Shown piece by piece: positions 38,991 to 53,819 of a stretch of DNA of 64,000 bases. Origin of the DNA: Octopus vulgaris (taxonomy: Eukaryota); the NCBI GenBank assembly GCA_951406725.2, contig OX597816.1:33480001-33544000 (forward strand), in the 5' to 3' direction. How positions within the stretch are numbered: the first letter of the stretch is position 1; every line of letters starts with the position of its first letter. Position numbers and translations under genes: made by a program. Under the pieces are notes generated by a model. It worked only from the letters and a program-made list of their open reading frames with translations. It made no database searches and was not told the origin of the DNA.

Positions 38991-39220
38991 GGCGAGCTGG
39001 CAGAATCGTTAGCACGCCGGGCGAAATGCTCAGCGGTATTTCGTCTGCCGCTACGTTCTGAGTTCAAATTCCGCCGAGGTCGACTTTGCCTGTCATCCTT
39101 TCGGGGTCTATAAATTAAGTACCAGTTACTTACTGGGGGTCTATATAATCGACTTAATCCGTTTGTCTGTCCTTGTTCGCTCTCTCAGTGTTTAGCCCCT
39201 TGTGGATAGTAAAGAAACAG
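38991..39220 (+). mobile_element. SINE family B, near full-length copy
   Basis: ggcgagctggcagaatcgttagcacgccgggcgaaatgc...gagttcaaattccgccgaggtcgac...gccccttgtggatagtaaagaaa; reverse complement of 7853-8086. Confidence 0.92.
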
Positions 39221-39775
39221 GTACGTGGATGCGAGCGCTGTGAATGTGCTTGTGTGAGCAGATTGTGGAGCTGCTATGGCTCAAGTCAGAGACGATGCAC
39301 AATAAATATCAAAGAATGTGGGATAAAATCTTGACCTTTTAATTAGATGTTGAGGGTGATAAACTATAAACAATTGTTTCCTCATGTTTCAAGTAAATCT
39401 CATTCCATTATTACTATCACTCATGTCATAGTCGAATACACAACAGCTCCCGTAAATACAAGATAGGTCACTTATATGGACTCAAAAATCCGAATGCTGT
39501 CCATGGAACGCAAACATGGGTTTTTTTCAGCCCAGAGTTTACATGCTGTAATTTATAGTTTTACGTGTTATGACTCGAAAGTAAATATTTCCCAAAAAGC
39601 TATGTATAATAAGAGAGAAAGAAGGAAAGGGAGAGAGATTGAGAGAGAAAGAGGGAGAAATAGAAAGAGACAGACATAAGGCAAAGACAAACGCACACAC
39701 ACATCGAGAGTCATATTTGATCATGGGTATTTCGCATCAATATACAGATTGATGTAAAATCTTGTAATTATGAGT

Positions 39776-39832
<57 letters not shown>

Positions 39833-40755
39833 CATATGTGCATGTGCGCGTGTGTTTAGGTGTGTGTGAGTGCGTGTGTAGGTATGTGTGTGTGTGTGTG
39901 TGTTAGTGTGTGTGTTTGTGTGTGTTTGTGTGTGTGAATTACTTGTATCTCTGTTCATATAAAGATGCAAATCAATCCGCCGTATCGAAACATACGGAAA
40001 CACCATTTACATTTGCTAGCATGATTCGTATGTTAACTGACTAGTAGAAGTTAAAATCATTAGTTATAGGAATCCAGCAGGAAATGGTCATCCTTTTCAG
40101 CGAAAATGTGTATCTAACCATACAAGAGTAGAGAGCTTTTAAGGAAGTCCTAAAGTGTCACTACGATGGGGAGATTTTTAATATTTGCTTTCACTATCTT
40201 CTAGATTCATAATTAGATGGACAGAATTTGGCACCTGTACATGTAAATTTGTAAAATATATTTTTACAAATAATCATTAGACTATCTGTATATATAAATA
40301 ATACATGTGAAAACTTGGTCTTCTGACATGTTAAATGTAATCATTTTTTCTACCTATACATTGATAAAAACTGCAGCGTATACGATTAAGTACCGGGTAA
40401 TCTATAAGTTTTATTTCGAATGATTTCAGTATAATAAACCGAGGGAAGTTATTTAGTTTAATGTCCCTCAATTTATAATGGCAGAGGACCTTTCGTCTAC
40501 ATATATACGCATTAATAAATGACAAGGTAACAAGAAATTATTCCATGCCCCCCCTCCCCTAAATTTAAAGCAGATACTGGTATAAGATGATAGGGACCCA
40601 TATGTTAGTGCTTATTTTTCATCCTATAGATTCCTCAGAGCTTTGTTCCCGTGTCATTTATTTAATTTCCTAAAACCTATGCATATTTATTGTTAGCACC
40701 GTGTGGTCTCTCGCTCTCTGTCTCTATCTACCTCTACACACACACACAAACATAC

Positions 40756-40834
<79 letters not shown>

Positions 40835-40985
40835 GCTACAGCAATGAAAATCAAATTTACTAATGTTTTAGGAGTAACCAGATTTGAAGTTACTTAAGTA
40901 ATGATTGTTATTCGCACACCATTGATGGGATAATTGAAGGAATCGACAGAAATCATCAATGCAAAACAAACAAGCAACAAACACA

Positions 40986-41037
<52 letters not shown>

Positions 41038-41224
41038 GGATTTTGGCTTTATAATCTTAAGTCCATATTAGCAATAAATACGGAATTCTCCCTGCGATAG
41101 CTTATGTAAACAAAGAGAGAAATTGTCATTAGGTTTTTATTCATATCTACTACGGTATTATCCTTCCGAGAAAATAATAAATATAGCAAATTATTACGCA
41201 AAACACAGTACCTGAGTGACTTAG

Positions 41225-41790
41225 TGGCATGTAATCAAGCAATAAGTGAGTCACTAACAAAAACACATCTGAATGTACACGTATCCGATGCTGAGATACA
41301 CATACCAGAGTATGTTGTGTTTCAAACTGACAGGAGAGAAAGGATTCATGGTGGAGTGGCAATGTATATCCAGACAGATGATACACTTCTGCTTCTGCTG
41401 TTACATTTAAACAGTCTGTGATACTCTGCTGGTGCACAATAAACAGATGTAACTAGTAATACGCACCATGTATCGCCCACCACGTTCTTCAAATCATAGA
41501 GATGAATTTGAGAAAAATCCACCAAAAAATGAAAGAAGTATTAACCGACCTGGATGACAGCCTGCACAAACTTCTTTTAGTATATTTCAAACAGCCCTAT
41601 GTCAAATGGTCTGTGGGCCTCATTCTCTCATCTATATCACTGCGTGGCGTGGAACATGCAGAATCTTTGCTTGATTTCACTAACATACTGTTTATGGAGA
41701 AATAGTGCTCCACCCAACAAGGGGAAAATATTCTGGACCTCTGTTTCACAAACAACACGGCACTCATTCATAATGTTGGGGATGACTCCG
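41225..41790 (+). pseudogene. Degenerate APE endonuclease region of a non-LTR retrotransposon ORF2 (CR1/Jockey group)
   Basis: Motifs in order across frameshifts: LTKTHLNVHVSDAEIHIPEYVVFQTDRRERIHGGVAMYI (cf. TETxL...IPGYxxxRxDR...GGVxxY), MYRPP at ~41468, LLLVYFKQPYVKW (cf. LGDFNxPxxxW), PTRG/NILDLCFTNN at ~41712-41757. Confidence 0.87.
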
Positions 41791-43239
41791 ACGATTTTCT
41801 CGAACGGCGTGAATTTTCCCAAACATTTTTCTCTACCCCCTTGGAGAAATTTTCGTAAATCCCTGTATACTCTGAAGCCACCACATCTAAGTGGTATTTG
41901 TAGAAAAGGTATTTAAAACGTATCTATATTATGGATTTTAGGTGGCAACAAAGTCGGGTGCGTATACATCTATAGTTATGCCCTTTTATTTATTCGATTT
42001 ATTCCTTTCATGTTCATTTCATTCATTGTTTGCAATGTTCTCTCTCCCCCATCCCCCTCTCTCTCTCCCATACACACACTGCAAATCTTACAGATGGGCT
42101 GTTGAATTGAAATCTCTATGTTGCTTTGAGGGGAAGGAAAAACTTAAAGTGTCTCCCCTTCCGTAGTTCGACTACCTCGATGTTTGTTTAAAAAAGATAA
42201 ATTATTACTGTAAGAGAATAAAGAAAGCAATATTTACTAAGAAAGTGACATTGTTATACAAAGAAATAATTAGGCGTAAAATATGATAAAAATTATCAGA
42301 ATTGCGAATCAAATGTGAAGATATTATCAAGATCGTAGCAGATCAGCTGGTATTAATAATAAGATTTGTTACGAGCGGTCTTTCTATATTATTGTTGTCT
42401 GTAATGTAGAATAGATACACCGATTGACAGTAATATTGTGTAATGTACGTGCACAATATTTTAAAATTATGGGTTTCTCATATGTGAGGTACATAAACTG
42501 TAATTACTTTGTACACATGTGTGATACAAAATACTAAACAGTGTTATCTGAGGTATATACACAACTGAGGCATATACACAAAATCTGTTTGCCGCCTGTT
42601 AAATGAGGTACAAGTATATTCTTGAGGAATGTTACGTGAATTACTTCCACATTAATGTTGTTTGTATTTTGTAATATGTAGATATTGTTAATGTTAGAGT
42701 TTTGTGATACATTTACAACGTAGGAGTGCGTTGTGTGTGATAACTAAAGAATGCCAAGATATGTTGCATGTAGGATATACACAGCTCAAACCATTAGAGC
42801 GCAATAAATTTTTCTGGAATCTTGATATATATTGTCCTCATATTCATGCAACGTATCGGCTTTCCGCCGATCGATAGTAGTAAGCGATATTAATTATGAT
42901 GCGAAATCGGATATAACGGTGTACATCAAAGCTAGAGGTAGAGCTGACTGAGTCAGTGTTTGCTTTCCGTTGTTATATATTTTATCGATGGCAGAAGAAT
43001 TAAAGGTAGGCTGCACATCAGTGGAATTTTAAAGGGGAATAAAAGAGGAACTAAATACCACAAGCCTCTTTGTGTAATACAGAAGCGAATAAATACGAGA
43101 CGTTAGACAGACTTCGTTTAATCAATCCATCATCTGTCACAGAAGTTGTAATCCAACTCTAAACAAACTAGTGTTTCGCATCGATATATTGTCAATTACT
43201 TGGGTTAATCAATCCCACATCAAATCCGATGATCTTAAG

Positions 43240-43640
43240 AAGAAAACAGTTCTGTAATTTTTGACTGTGGAAGAAAAGATAGAAAAGCATAGTAAAAAAT
43301 GTGGTAAAATCTGTGGTCTGAAAAGACAAGGGCAATAATTTTGACCGAACTTACAGTCCCGTAGTAAGAAGGGTGTGATCCGGTGCACGAATTGAAGCGT
43401 ACCAAGTATGAGATCATTTTGCAGGATTGCAGAGAGAAGTTGGCTGTAGGTGATCCCTAACCAGTCAGTATGGAAGATGTTTACATTTAATGGAGTGTGG
43501 GGAAGACAGCGATGGGTAGCCGTGTGCAGGATGGGACAAGCAGCATTTTACTAGAGGAGTTTTTTTTACTAGAGAACAGTTGAACTAGAAGCCAAGAAGA
43601 GATGGTGAGTAGTGATTTGATCATGTCTGCTGGCCCACCA
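43240..43640 (-). pseudogene. Possible highly degenerate LINE endonuclease remnant
   Basis: Non-simple, higher-GC sequence; the minus frame contains SVKIIALVFSDH, resembling the terminal SDH motif of APE domains. Other motifs are weak. Confidence 0.3.
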
Positions 43641-45078
43641 AGAGGAGTATGTCACTGTTCAGAGCCGAAGCACCCAGTGATCCTTAGATACCGTCTGATG
43701 ATATTAGCTTCTCCTCGACAAAGATCCATTCACTTTGGTGAGTGTAAAACAGCACCTTCTTCTAGGTATAATCAATAACATTGAATAACTATCGTATATG
43801 ATCTTTTAAAAGTGCTCTGACTCCGAAATAGGGAATTGTGATGTCGGTTGAATTCAGACTGAAAGAGATCATTATTCATTGCCGTATGATAACCAACTCA
43901 ACATAAATGCTCATAACTAAATGTAAATTCTTGTTATGGGGTTGGGTACATTTAACGTTTCGGAAATTAGACAATAATTATATACTTATATGTTAGTGGA
44001 TACAGCTATTGGGGGAGATGTGTGAAGAGTGGTAACAGAGGATATTTCCGCGCATAAACAAAATTTATAAAATATTTTGTAAACGAGAATTGTATTTCCT
44101 CTATGATATACCCAATATTTATTCCATGGATACCAGTGAAGAGTAAACTCAGCCCCTGAGGGCTTTTGAATTGATAACGTTAAGTGATGCATTTAAATAA
44201 CACAATAGATTTTGTACTACAGCACATAATTTGTTAGCAAATCATTACAGTTTAATTTACAAATTAATTATATTTTTAATCAATTAATTACATCGAATCC
44301 TATATTCGGAAAACAATATTTCGCTATTCGTAGTCACAATATAGTTAATTATCATCAAGACATCTGAGTGCATTAAATTACAGAACGATTATCGCTAAAT
44401 CTTTAGAATTAAAAGAAAAAGAAATTATATATACAAAATATACACAAATGCACACGCACACACACATACACGTCACAAATACACGCACAAGAGAGAGAGA
44501 GAAAGACAGAGAGAGACAGAGAGATAAAAACGGAAAAAACCCCACACACAGACTAAGAAAGAAAAAGCAATGTTTTGTATAATAATAGAAAGCAATATCC
44601 AATTAGTATGTTTCAAAGACAGGCAAAATGAGAAAAAGCTCAAAGAGTTCCATTTATTCTACTTGAACATGTCTTTTCGATGGGAGGTAATCAAATGATA
44701 CTTCGAAGGCATTATTGCAAATCTACTTGAAGATATATAACTACCCAAAAGCATGTTAATTTCTAAAGCAGAATAAAACAATAACGTTGAGAAATAAGAC
44801 ACTTGCTGCAGACATACGAGGAAAATGGTAAAGATGCGTTGTAATAAAAGACAAATGGAAATTAGAAAATTGAGAAAGGGAATAGAAATAATGAGTTGAG
44901 GAAGGGGAATAACATCTTATTCATATTTATTAATATATAAAACGCCTGTAACAACTTCACTGTACTAAAGTTGATCTTAAACTAAAAACTAAAATCAAAA
45001 CTTTCGTTGCTTTGGAAATCATATACAAATATAAATACATACATACATGCTTACACGCACGCATCATACATGCAATTT

Positions 45079-45111
<33 letters not shown>

Positions 45112-47691
45112 ACGGCTACACGCACATCTCTATATAACTATCTATGCAATATTGAATTGTCTAATGCAGCAGCACAAAGCTTTAGCCGCCAGTGCATGCA
45201 TAATTGGATACACCACCGATTGGACTGATCTCTTTTTCGGCCCACGGGAACATAGTATTGGCATTTGTTTACATTTGCCATGTATATCCAATTATACACA
45301 TAGTTTGGGCTAAATCTTGTAATTCTAAAATGTATCTATTCTATTGTACGACTACACTATCGTCAAAACCTCTCTGTTTCGCATATCAGTAACTAGTGTA
45401 CGTACACACAGATATGCTTATAAGTACGTGCTCACACACGCGCACGTCCACACATACACATACCCTCGCACACATGCATATTATATCATGCTATACTATG
45501 TTTGTTATGTTCATCTGTGGAACGAAATTGAAGGCATAATGTATCATTCATATATCTATGTTATTTACATTACTAGTAACACAACTGATAAGAAAATATA
45601 CAGTTTACAATATATATATGTCATGTTTTAGTCATATATTCCTTCAGAAGGCATAATCTTTCACATTAACTACCGTACTTAGCTGACATGTGCTGTGGGT
45701 TCCCGTTCATTCATAAATAGTATTCTCCATGGAAGTAAGTTTGCAATGAATCGTGTTACGATTCTGGGATGGGTGGCGTCAACAAAATAGTTATACAACA
45801 ACAAAATACTATAGTTAACTTACTATTTAAATTTTCACCTGGACGCATGAGTACTTTAAGCGTTACTTATATGTTATAGTTTCAACACATTACAACTAAC
45901 TAAAATAATAGGCATAACAGAAAGACGAAGTGAATGAACCAGTTTCTTCTCATTGATAATTAGTAAGCAATTCCAGAATACATTCACTTAATTAAACGAA
46001 GAATAGATAACAAATTATATCATTTATGGCAACAAAATAAAATGTTCAAAGATTTCTCTCTCTGGACTACGTTATTCAGTAGTACATATATGGATTGCAC
46101 AGAAGCTTAAGTATAAAATTATTCAGAAACAAAATAGTTTCAAAAGACCGTACGTTCTTTATAATTCTTCATAACTTTCCACCAACATTTAGACATTAAA
46201 AATAACTATGGAAAGTCCACGGCGACTGATAATATATATTACATTCTCAGACACAAACCAAAGCTAGCAGTATATATAGAATAAACGTGATATTAAGTAG
46301 GTCTCATGGTCATGAGGTAAGTATAAATATTAAAACTGAAGCCTCGGTCCTATTGTAAATGACGTTTAAATTTTAAAAACTTGTAAGCTTTGTAAAATAC
46401 ATCTGAGAGTACGAAGATTGAATCTATTCATAAATACATAGGTGTAAATATATATTTCAGTTTAAACGTTATATGTATGCGCTATGGATGGAATAATATT
46501 GGAAACACATAAAGCGTTGTCGACGCGCGTTGAGTCTGCGAAGAATCGTTGTTTGTTGACGGTTTCTCAAAGATGAAGAGAGCTTCTTTCCACAATCAAC
46601 AGCAGAGACCAATTATATTATAAAGCAGTTATAAATTAGATTGGTGCCGTGGTGCCTAAATTAATCTATTTACCTGCATCTTGATGATTCACCAGTAGTC
46701 AAACAATGTCTATTTTATGCAGAACACAACGTAAATCAGAAGTACGATAGCCAGATTTATAACTGCTTTATATAGAAGCTGATTTGTGCTTATATTTGGG
46801 AGGGTAAGCCGGGTATGTCTTCCTTGTAAAGGGACCAGCGAACCGTGAAAAAGGCCTTCTATAAGATTTTATCTTCTATTATATACGGACACGAGTCGAA
46901 CATACGACTTGTGTTTATATTTTTATGTTACCCAGCGTTGGGCATTGTAATGATTAGATTTATTTCCTGTTTATTATATCGGATCGCCCTTTTCGCGTTT
47001 GCGAAAAGAACAACAATGCACTTTTCGACTTTACACATTGTACCCAAATGAGATAAAGTTTCATGTTGAATGCCACAAATAACAACTTCCACATGAACAG
47101 GCTTAGAAAGATAGATGCCCTTTTTGTAACGCACTCACATCTTCACACTCCCATAATAATTATCTACTACTATTACCAACACCGCCGCCAACAGCAACAC
47201 CGCCACCACTAGAACTACTACTAACAGCATATACATACATGCATACATACATGCATACATACGTACAAACATACATACATACATGCATACATATATACAT
47301 ATATACATGCAGTGTTATGGCTTTTCTACATTACTCGTACACTGTATCGATACATACATTGAATAACAAAATATTCACTCTTACACAACACGATTGCAAG
47401 CAACTTCTTACGCACACGCGTTCACATACATTCAGACACGCACACGCGCTCTCTCTCTCTTTCTGTCTCTCTCATACATAACCTGGTCTTGAACCTATTT
47501 ACGCTTATTTCAAACAATTCGCTTCACCTTTCATATACTGCCTATATATAACCATGCCTCACATTCTATCCGTTCATTCAAAACGCTAACTTCGGTTTGT
47601 TTCCGTTATGCCTCATCTAGGAATGAGTACCTTTAGAAACGACGAATTCTCCTCCGTTCACTTCCCTTTACGTAATTACATTCCATGTAAA

Positions 47692-47945
47692 CGCATGGCC
47701 TAGAGGTTACATCACGAGATGTTGGCTTCAGTTATTAGACCTGTTGGTGGTTTGTATTTTTGGACAAAACACTGCATCTCGCGCTGCTCTGCAGTCCCTT
47801 CAAATCCTTATGTGTTGTACGCTGTACAGCTGTTCAGACAATGTCAATTTAATAGAGGTAATCAGCTAATGAGGAGCACAGATTTTAGATCACTATAATC
47901 AAATCATCTGTGCAAGTCGTTCAGGAAAAACTGAACACTCATTCA
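47692..47945 (+). mobile_element. Old tRNA-derived SINE of a further family
   Basis: Starts gcatggcctagaggtta (A-box-like), then tttttggacaaaacactgcatctc (cf. ccttgggcaagacact of CORE-type SINE heads); single copy in this window. Confidence 0.45.
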
Positions 47946-47989
47946 CCATCTTCGATGGCAGATACCATAGTATACATGTCTACTCATGT

Positions 47990-48195
47990 AGATATACACA
48001 CACACATATATATATGCATCTCTCTCTCTCTCTGTATATATATATATATATATATATATGCATACATGTATATACATATATATACATATATATATATATA
48101 TATATGCATACATATATATATACATATACATACATATATATATGCATACATATATATATACATATATATACATATATATATACATATATATATAC

Positions 48196-48276
<81 letters not shown>

Positions 48277-48495
48277 CATACATATATATATATACATATA
48301 TATATGTACATATATATATATATTCATATATATATACATATGTATATAGATATATATCTTCAAAAACATATATATGAATATACACATACGTACATATATA
48401 CGTAAATATACATATGTGTATATACATTTGCATGTGTATATGTATATTGTATTGATCTTTAAAAGCATATATATTTGTATACACATATCTTCAAA

Positions 48496-48547
<52 letters not shown>

Positions 48548-48550
48548 CAT
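47990..48550. repeat. (TA)n/(TACA)n microsatellite field
   Basis: Directly visible. Confidence 0.95.
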
Positions 48551-49471
48551 ATCCAGATTTCATTTAATATCGAAAGGAAAACAAAAAACATAAAAGAGAC
48601 GAAAGTGCTTTTCGAAATTGTTTACAAATCTGTTTGAAAAGTTAAGTTGTAAAATTTTCTTTATGAGGTGAGAAAAATAAACAATTCCGCTGTCATTCTA
48701 AAAATTTGCGAGAAAATATATTAAATTTTGTGGATTTCTATAAGTGTTTTTACCGCCTCTGAATAAACGGCAACTGAATATTGTCTAGCTCACGTAGGCA
48801 GCATGAAAATAATTTGTCTGACTTCAAAAGCGGTAAAATTACAGAATATGTGTAATGTAATTATTAGATAGAAATTTGAAGAATCTATATCAAATACCTT
48901 TCATATCAAACGCCGAACACCAGGTAAATATAATGATTAGATTTCTTTTATTACAATTGTATTTTTCGGAAAATTTAATTAGTCTATACTATTATATTAA
49001 AACTTAAATATTTTACTTACTGTTCACCTACTAAAAGGACGACAATTTGAATAAGCATCAGAGTTGCTTTCTCTCTTCCTCTCCCTCTCACATATACTTA
49101 TGTGTATTATATGCAAATATAATTGTACATATAAATACTTACACATGTATGTACGTACATGTATATGATATTTGTGTAATAAGAAATTGAGAACCTCGAT
49201 AGAACGTAAATTAATACGTCATTTACACTTCGAACGCCAAGTAGAAAAGCTATAGTCAATATTATGTCAATATAGGGTTAAAAGTCATTCTGCATAGAAG
49301 CCTTCGACTTTTTCTTTCTCTCCAAAGGTTTTTTTTACACCCAATATCAACACAGTGTTATTTAAAGCTTTTCTGCTTCGAGTTAATCCGTTATATGCAA
49401 TCATATACACAGACACACAACCACATATATATCTATACACATATGGATGAATGCATACACATCAATATATG

Positions 49472-49507
<36 letters not shown>

Positions 49508-50156
49508 CAAACACACAAATCTATACACATTATATGTATGAAATTGTGTTTCACAGAAACGTCCGTACTTCAAGTATCCCTTGATAAATTTTGCTTTAAC
49601 GTGGCAGGCAATGAATAGCTTGAGAATGACGTTGATAGAGCTGCAAGTTTCAATTCGAATCTCACTATAGAATTTGTAGTGAAATGAAAATTGTCAACCA
49701 ATAAGCATCATTGCTTAGGCGTTTATGTGTTAATAATTTTCTTATAGATGAATTAAAGCTACACAGTAGGTCATTTATTAAAAGCATAACTGTGTGCGGT
49801 ATGGAGGTGATTGAACTGAATTTATGGAATTTTTTATTTCTCCTTTGAAATACTTAATGTAGGTTAGCAGTGTCACTATATACAAGCAGACATATAGAGC
49901 AAAACATCGATATATGACTGTTTAACAGTACATCAATGATTGGTTTTGTTATATACTCCGTTAGAAATATTTTAGAGTTCATTTGTTTATTAATATGTTC
50001 AGAAACTGTTGACATAGTCTTTTGTAGTTTATAGATGGCAAAATCCCGCCTACCATCGTTGCTAATAAAACATTCCTAAGAACTGAGATCAAGTCTATAT
50101 TAGCAATACAATCATATTTAATAAAATCCTAATGTTAATTGATATTCCGTTATTGT

Positions 50157-50486
50157 TTAATTGTTTCAGTCATTTGACTGCGGCCATGCTGGGACACCAC
50201 ATTTAGTCGAAGAAACTGACCCCAGGACTTATTCTTTGTATGCTTAGCACTTATTCTAGTTGTCTCTTTTAACGGACCTCTAAGTTGCTGGCACGTAAAT
50301 ACACCAAGCGATGGTGGGGGAACAAACACAGACACACAAATATATATATATATATATATATCCACTCTAAAATCTTTGGTCAGACCGAGAATATAGTAGA
50401 AGATAACTGCCCAAGATGCAACGCAGTGGGGCTGAACAGGAACCATGTTGTAGGGAAGCAAGATTCTTGCCACACAGTCACTTCTT
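50157..50486 (-). mobile_element. SINE family A, diverged copy with internal deletions
   Basis: ttgtttcagtcatttgactgcggccatgctgg...cccaagatgcaacgcagtggggctgaac aligns with 6863-7278. Confidence 0.85.
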
Positions 50487-50650
50487 ATATTCCTCAAAAA
50501 ATGAACTGGAGTCCCGTTCAAATGAAAAGACAGTTTGTTAGATAGTTGTTATCTAAATATACTCTTAATTCTATCTATCATCATGGTAGGAGTTCAGTTA
50601 CATACGTAAAGGTGCACGCATTGGATACATATATATTCACCCCACCATGT

Positions 50651-50690
<40 letters not shown>

Positions 50691-51991
50691 ATTGTTAATG
50701 AAGATGTTTGTGGGTGATTATAAGGGCTGCTAAATGTAATCGCAACTACTTTGGTAAAAGAGGGAGCACGCTGGAAATTTTATTTTCTGAACACAAGATG
50801 GAATGGTTTCGTCCAGAATGCTCTTGATCACATATCTTGGCTCATTTTTTCTGTCCGACATTTTAACAGTAGCAATCAGTACACACAGACATATAGACAC
50901 ACACACGCATATAAACATATACAAATACACAAATGTTGGTGTGTTGGTATGGACGCCTCTGTCTGTATGAGTGACCTCACGTATTGTACACTTTCGTCTA
51001 TGTGTACATGTATGTAATTTATTTCTGAATGGAAGCCATAATTTATTCTCACATTAGAACGCAATAGATCAGAAAAATGTTCTCTCCGGTCCTTCCAATA
51101 AACTGATATCGTGATCAGTCCGTTCGAAGAAATGTTCTTGCAAAAAATTATTGAATCACTATTATATTCTCTAAGACATAAGCAAATATGTTTTTCCAAT
51201 GACATTTCCTGAGATGTTAGACTAAATCACCCTATAGTTATCGGTCTGCTTATTTCCAAATTCCTATGAGAGATATCTTTTAGGGGAATCCATATATTTA
51301 TTTATAATCCATTTCTTTAGATTTGGTTCATAGGTGTTCCTTTAATGTGAGAACGTCTTGCCGTTTCTTTCTATTTTATCACTTCTGTTGCCAACTACAG
51401 ACCAGAATCAAAACTGACTCAATAAATGAAATAATTGAAATATTAACGGCTGAATGTCTCCTAGTATCAAAAATCTTACACAGAATAGCCACCATTAGAT
51501 ATATTGGACGAATTCTGCTTTTCGTCTTTACTACTACTCCTTAAGATCGATGATATCCGTAGACACATATGTTGGCGCACAAATACACTTAGCAGTCTAC
51601 ACATTCATTCATCACATTGACAATGTAAGTCGCAACAACATATAATGTATGGACAGTTTCTGCTTTGAAGATGAACATTATTATGAAATAAACGATAACT
51701 ATGTACCAGTCAATATTAACTCAGGTGAATTTATTGTTAAAGGTAGTTTTCTTATAACATCTATTTATCCTTATGTGTGAATATTTAAATGTGTGCATTG
51801 TTTTTGCGTATAAATATACACGCAAATATATACATCTGAATGTATTATTTCCGCATGGGATTTTACTTTGGTGTTGTTTTATTAAGCCAGCCCACGGGTA
51901 TCGGGATATAATGCACTACTGCCCAAAAGAAATGGATCGCTTTACAAAGTTCAGCAAGTTGTTCCATCTCTGCTCTGTAATAGTATTGCAT

Positions 51992-52390
<399 letters not shown>

Positions 52391-52543
52391 AAATTGAGGA
52401 ATACACTTTAATCAATTATCAACTACCAGATAATAGCCATTCACATAATTTATTAACCAACTACATTACTGGGTGCTTTACTGGCAGTATATTGGATATA
52501 TGTTATCCCATAGAGGGTTACACTCACAACCCCTATATCACTT

Positions 52544-52634
<91 letters not shown>

Positions 52635-52669
52635 GTACATATAAATGCGCAAGTAATGTTTAAATTTAA

Positions 52670-52880
52670 GACGGTGAGATGGCAGAATCGTTGTGAGGCC
52701 GGGCAACATGTTTTACGAGGTTTCGTTCACCTCTCAGATCTGAATTCAAATTTCGACAAGGTCGAATTTGCTTTTCATCCTTTCAAGATCGATTAGATAA
52801 GCAGCTATTGAGCTATGGTGCCAATGTTAAAGAGTTAGCCACTTCCCCCCAAATTGCTGGCCTCGTACCAAAATTCTAAA
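52670..52880 (+). mobile_element. Old family B-related SINE
   Basis: gacggtgagatggcagaatcgtt...tgaattcaaatttcgacaaggtcgaatttgcttttcatcctttc...aaattgctggcctcgtaccaaaatt. Confidence 0.75.
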
Positions 52881-53819
52881 CCGATATATGTGCGTGTGTA
52901 TGTGTAGCTGTATATATGTCAACAAATATCACTTGATATGTTAAAGATAACTGTTAAATCCTCATCAACCTGATTCGTGTCTTTCTTTGAAAATGAGAAG
53001 GGCACATTACATAACCAAGTATTTATATGTAGCTAACATGGCTGGTTGATTACAGATAGGAATATTTTGATTATCTTTGTTTATTAAGGTATGACCTAAA
53101 ATGAAAGAACAATCACCGACTAAGTTTCTCATGATTTTCATTTTCTGCCTTATTCTTCATTCGCGATGATCTACTAGAATTGTTAGAGCGTCGGATAAAA
53201 TGTCAGGTGATATTTCTTCCCACGTTTTGCCATCTAGATTGAGATTCCGCTTTTCGTACTTTCAGACTCGACATAATAATGCACTAGTGAATGATTAAAT
53301 CCAATGTAATCGACTAACAATCTCCAAGTAGACGTGCTGACTTTGCATCAAAGTATGGCACTATCATTCCTCATCGGATTTCAGTCTTACGAAAAAGGAC
53401 ACATGAAATTATTCTTTCTACTATAGGAACAGTGTCAGCTTTTATTCGATCGATCCCTAGAGCACCAAATGTAAGGTTGACATCAATTCATTTGGTCGCC
53501 TTGAATCATTTAGTCCTTTCCATAATATACTTGTATAGAATGTTCTCGACCAAAATACATTTAACCATACAGCAATTTGGTTCCTGCTGAAAGCGTAGGC
53601 AATAAAAATGACGATGAGGTCAAACAGGACAAAATGAATTAATGAAGATTTTTCAAGGTAGTTACACGGTCTGCTAAATGTAATCAAAGCTACTTTGTAA
53701 AAAGAGTGAGTGCATAGAATAAGCTTAATTTTTTCTGAATTCACAATGGGATTGTCACATACGGAAATCTTTTAAACATATGTGAATTGACTCAGGTTTT
53801 CTGCCCGACATTTTAAGTA

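Noticed and set aside
42948-42955. AP-1 motif TGAGTCA (also near 22675 and 41247); MMP genes are often AP-1 targets
   Set aside because: A few 7-mers are expected by chance in 64 kb, and there is no promoter context.
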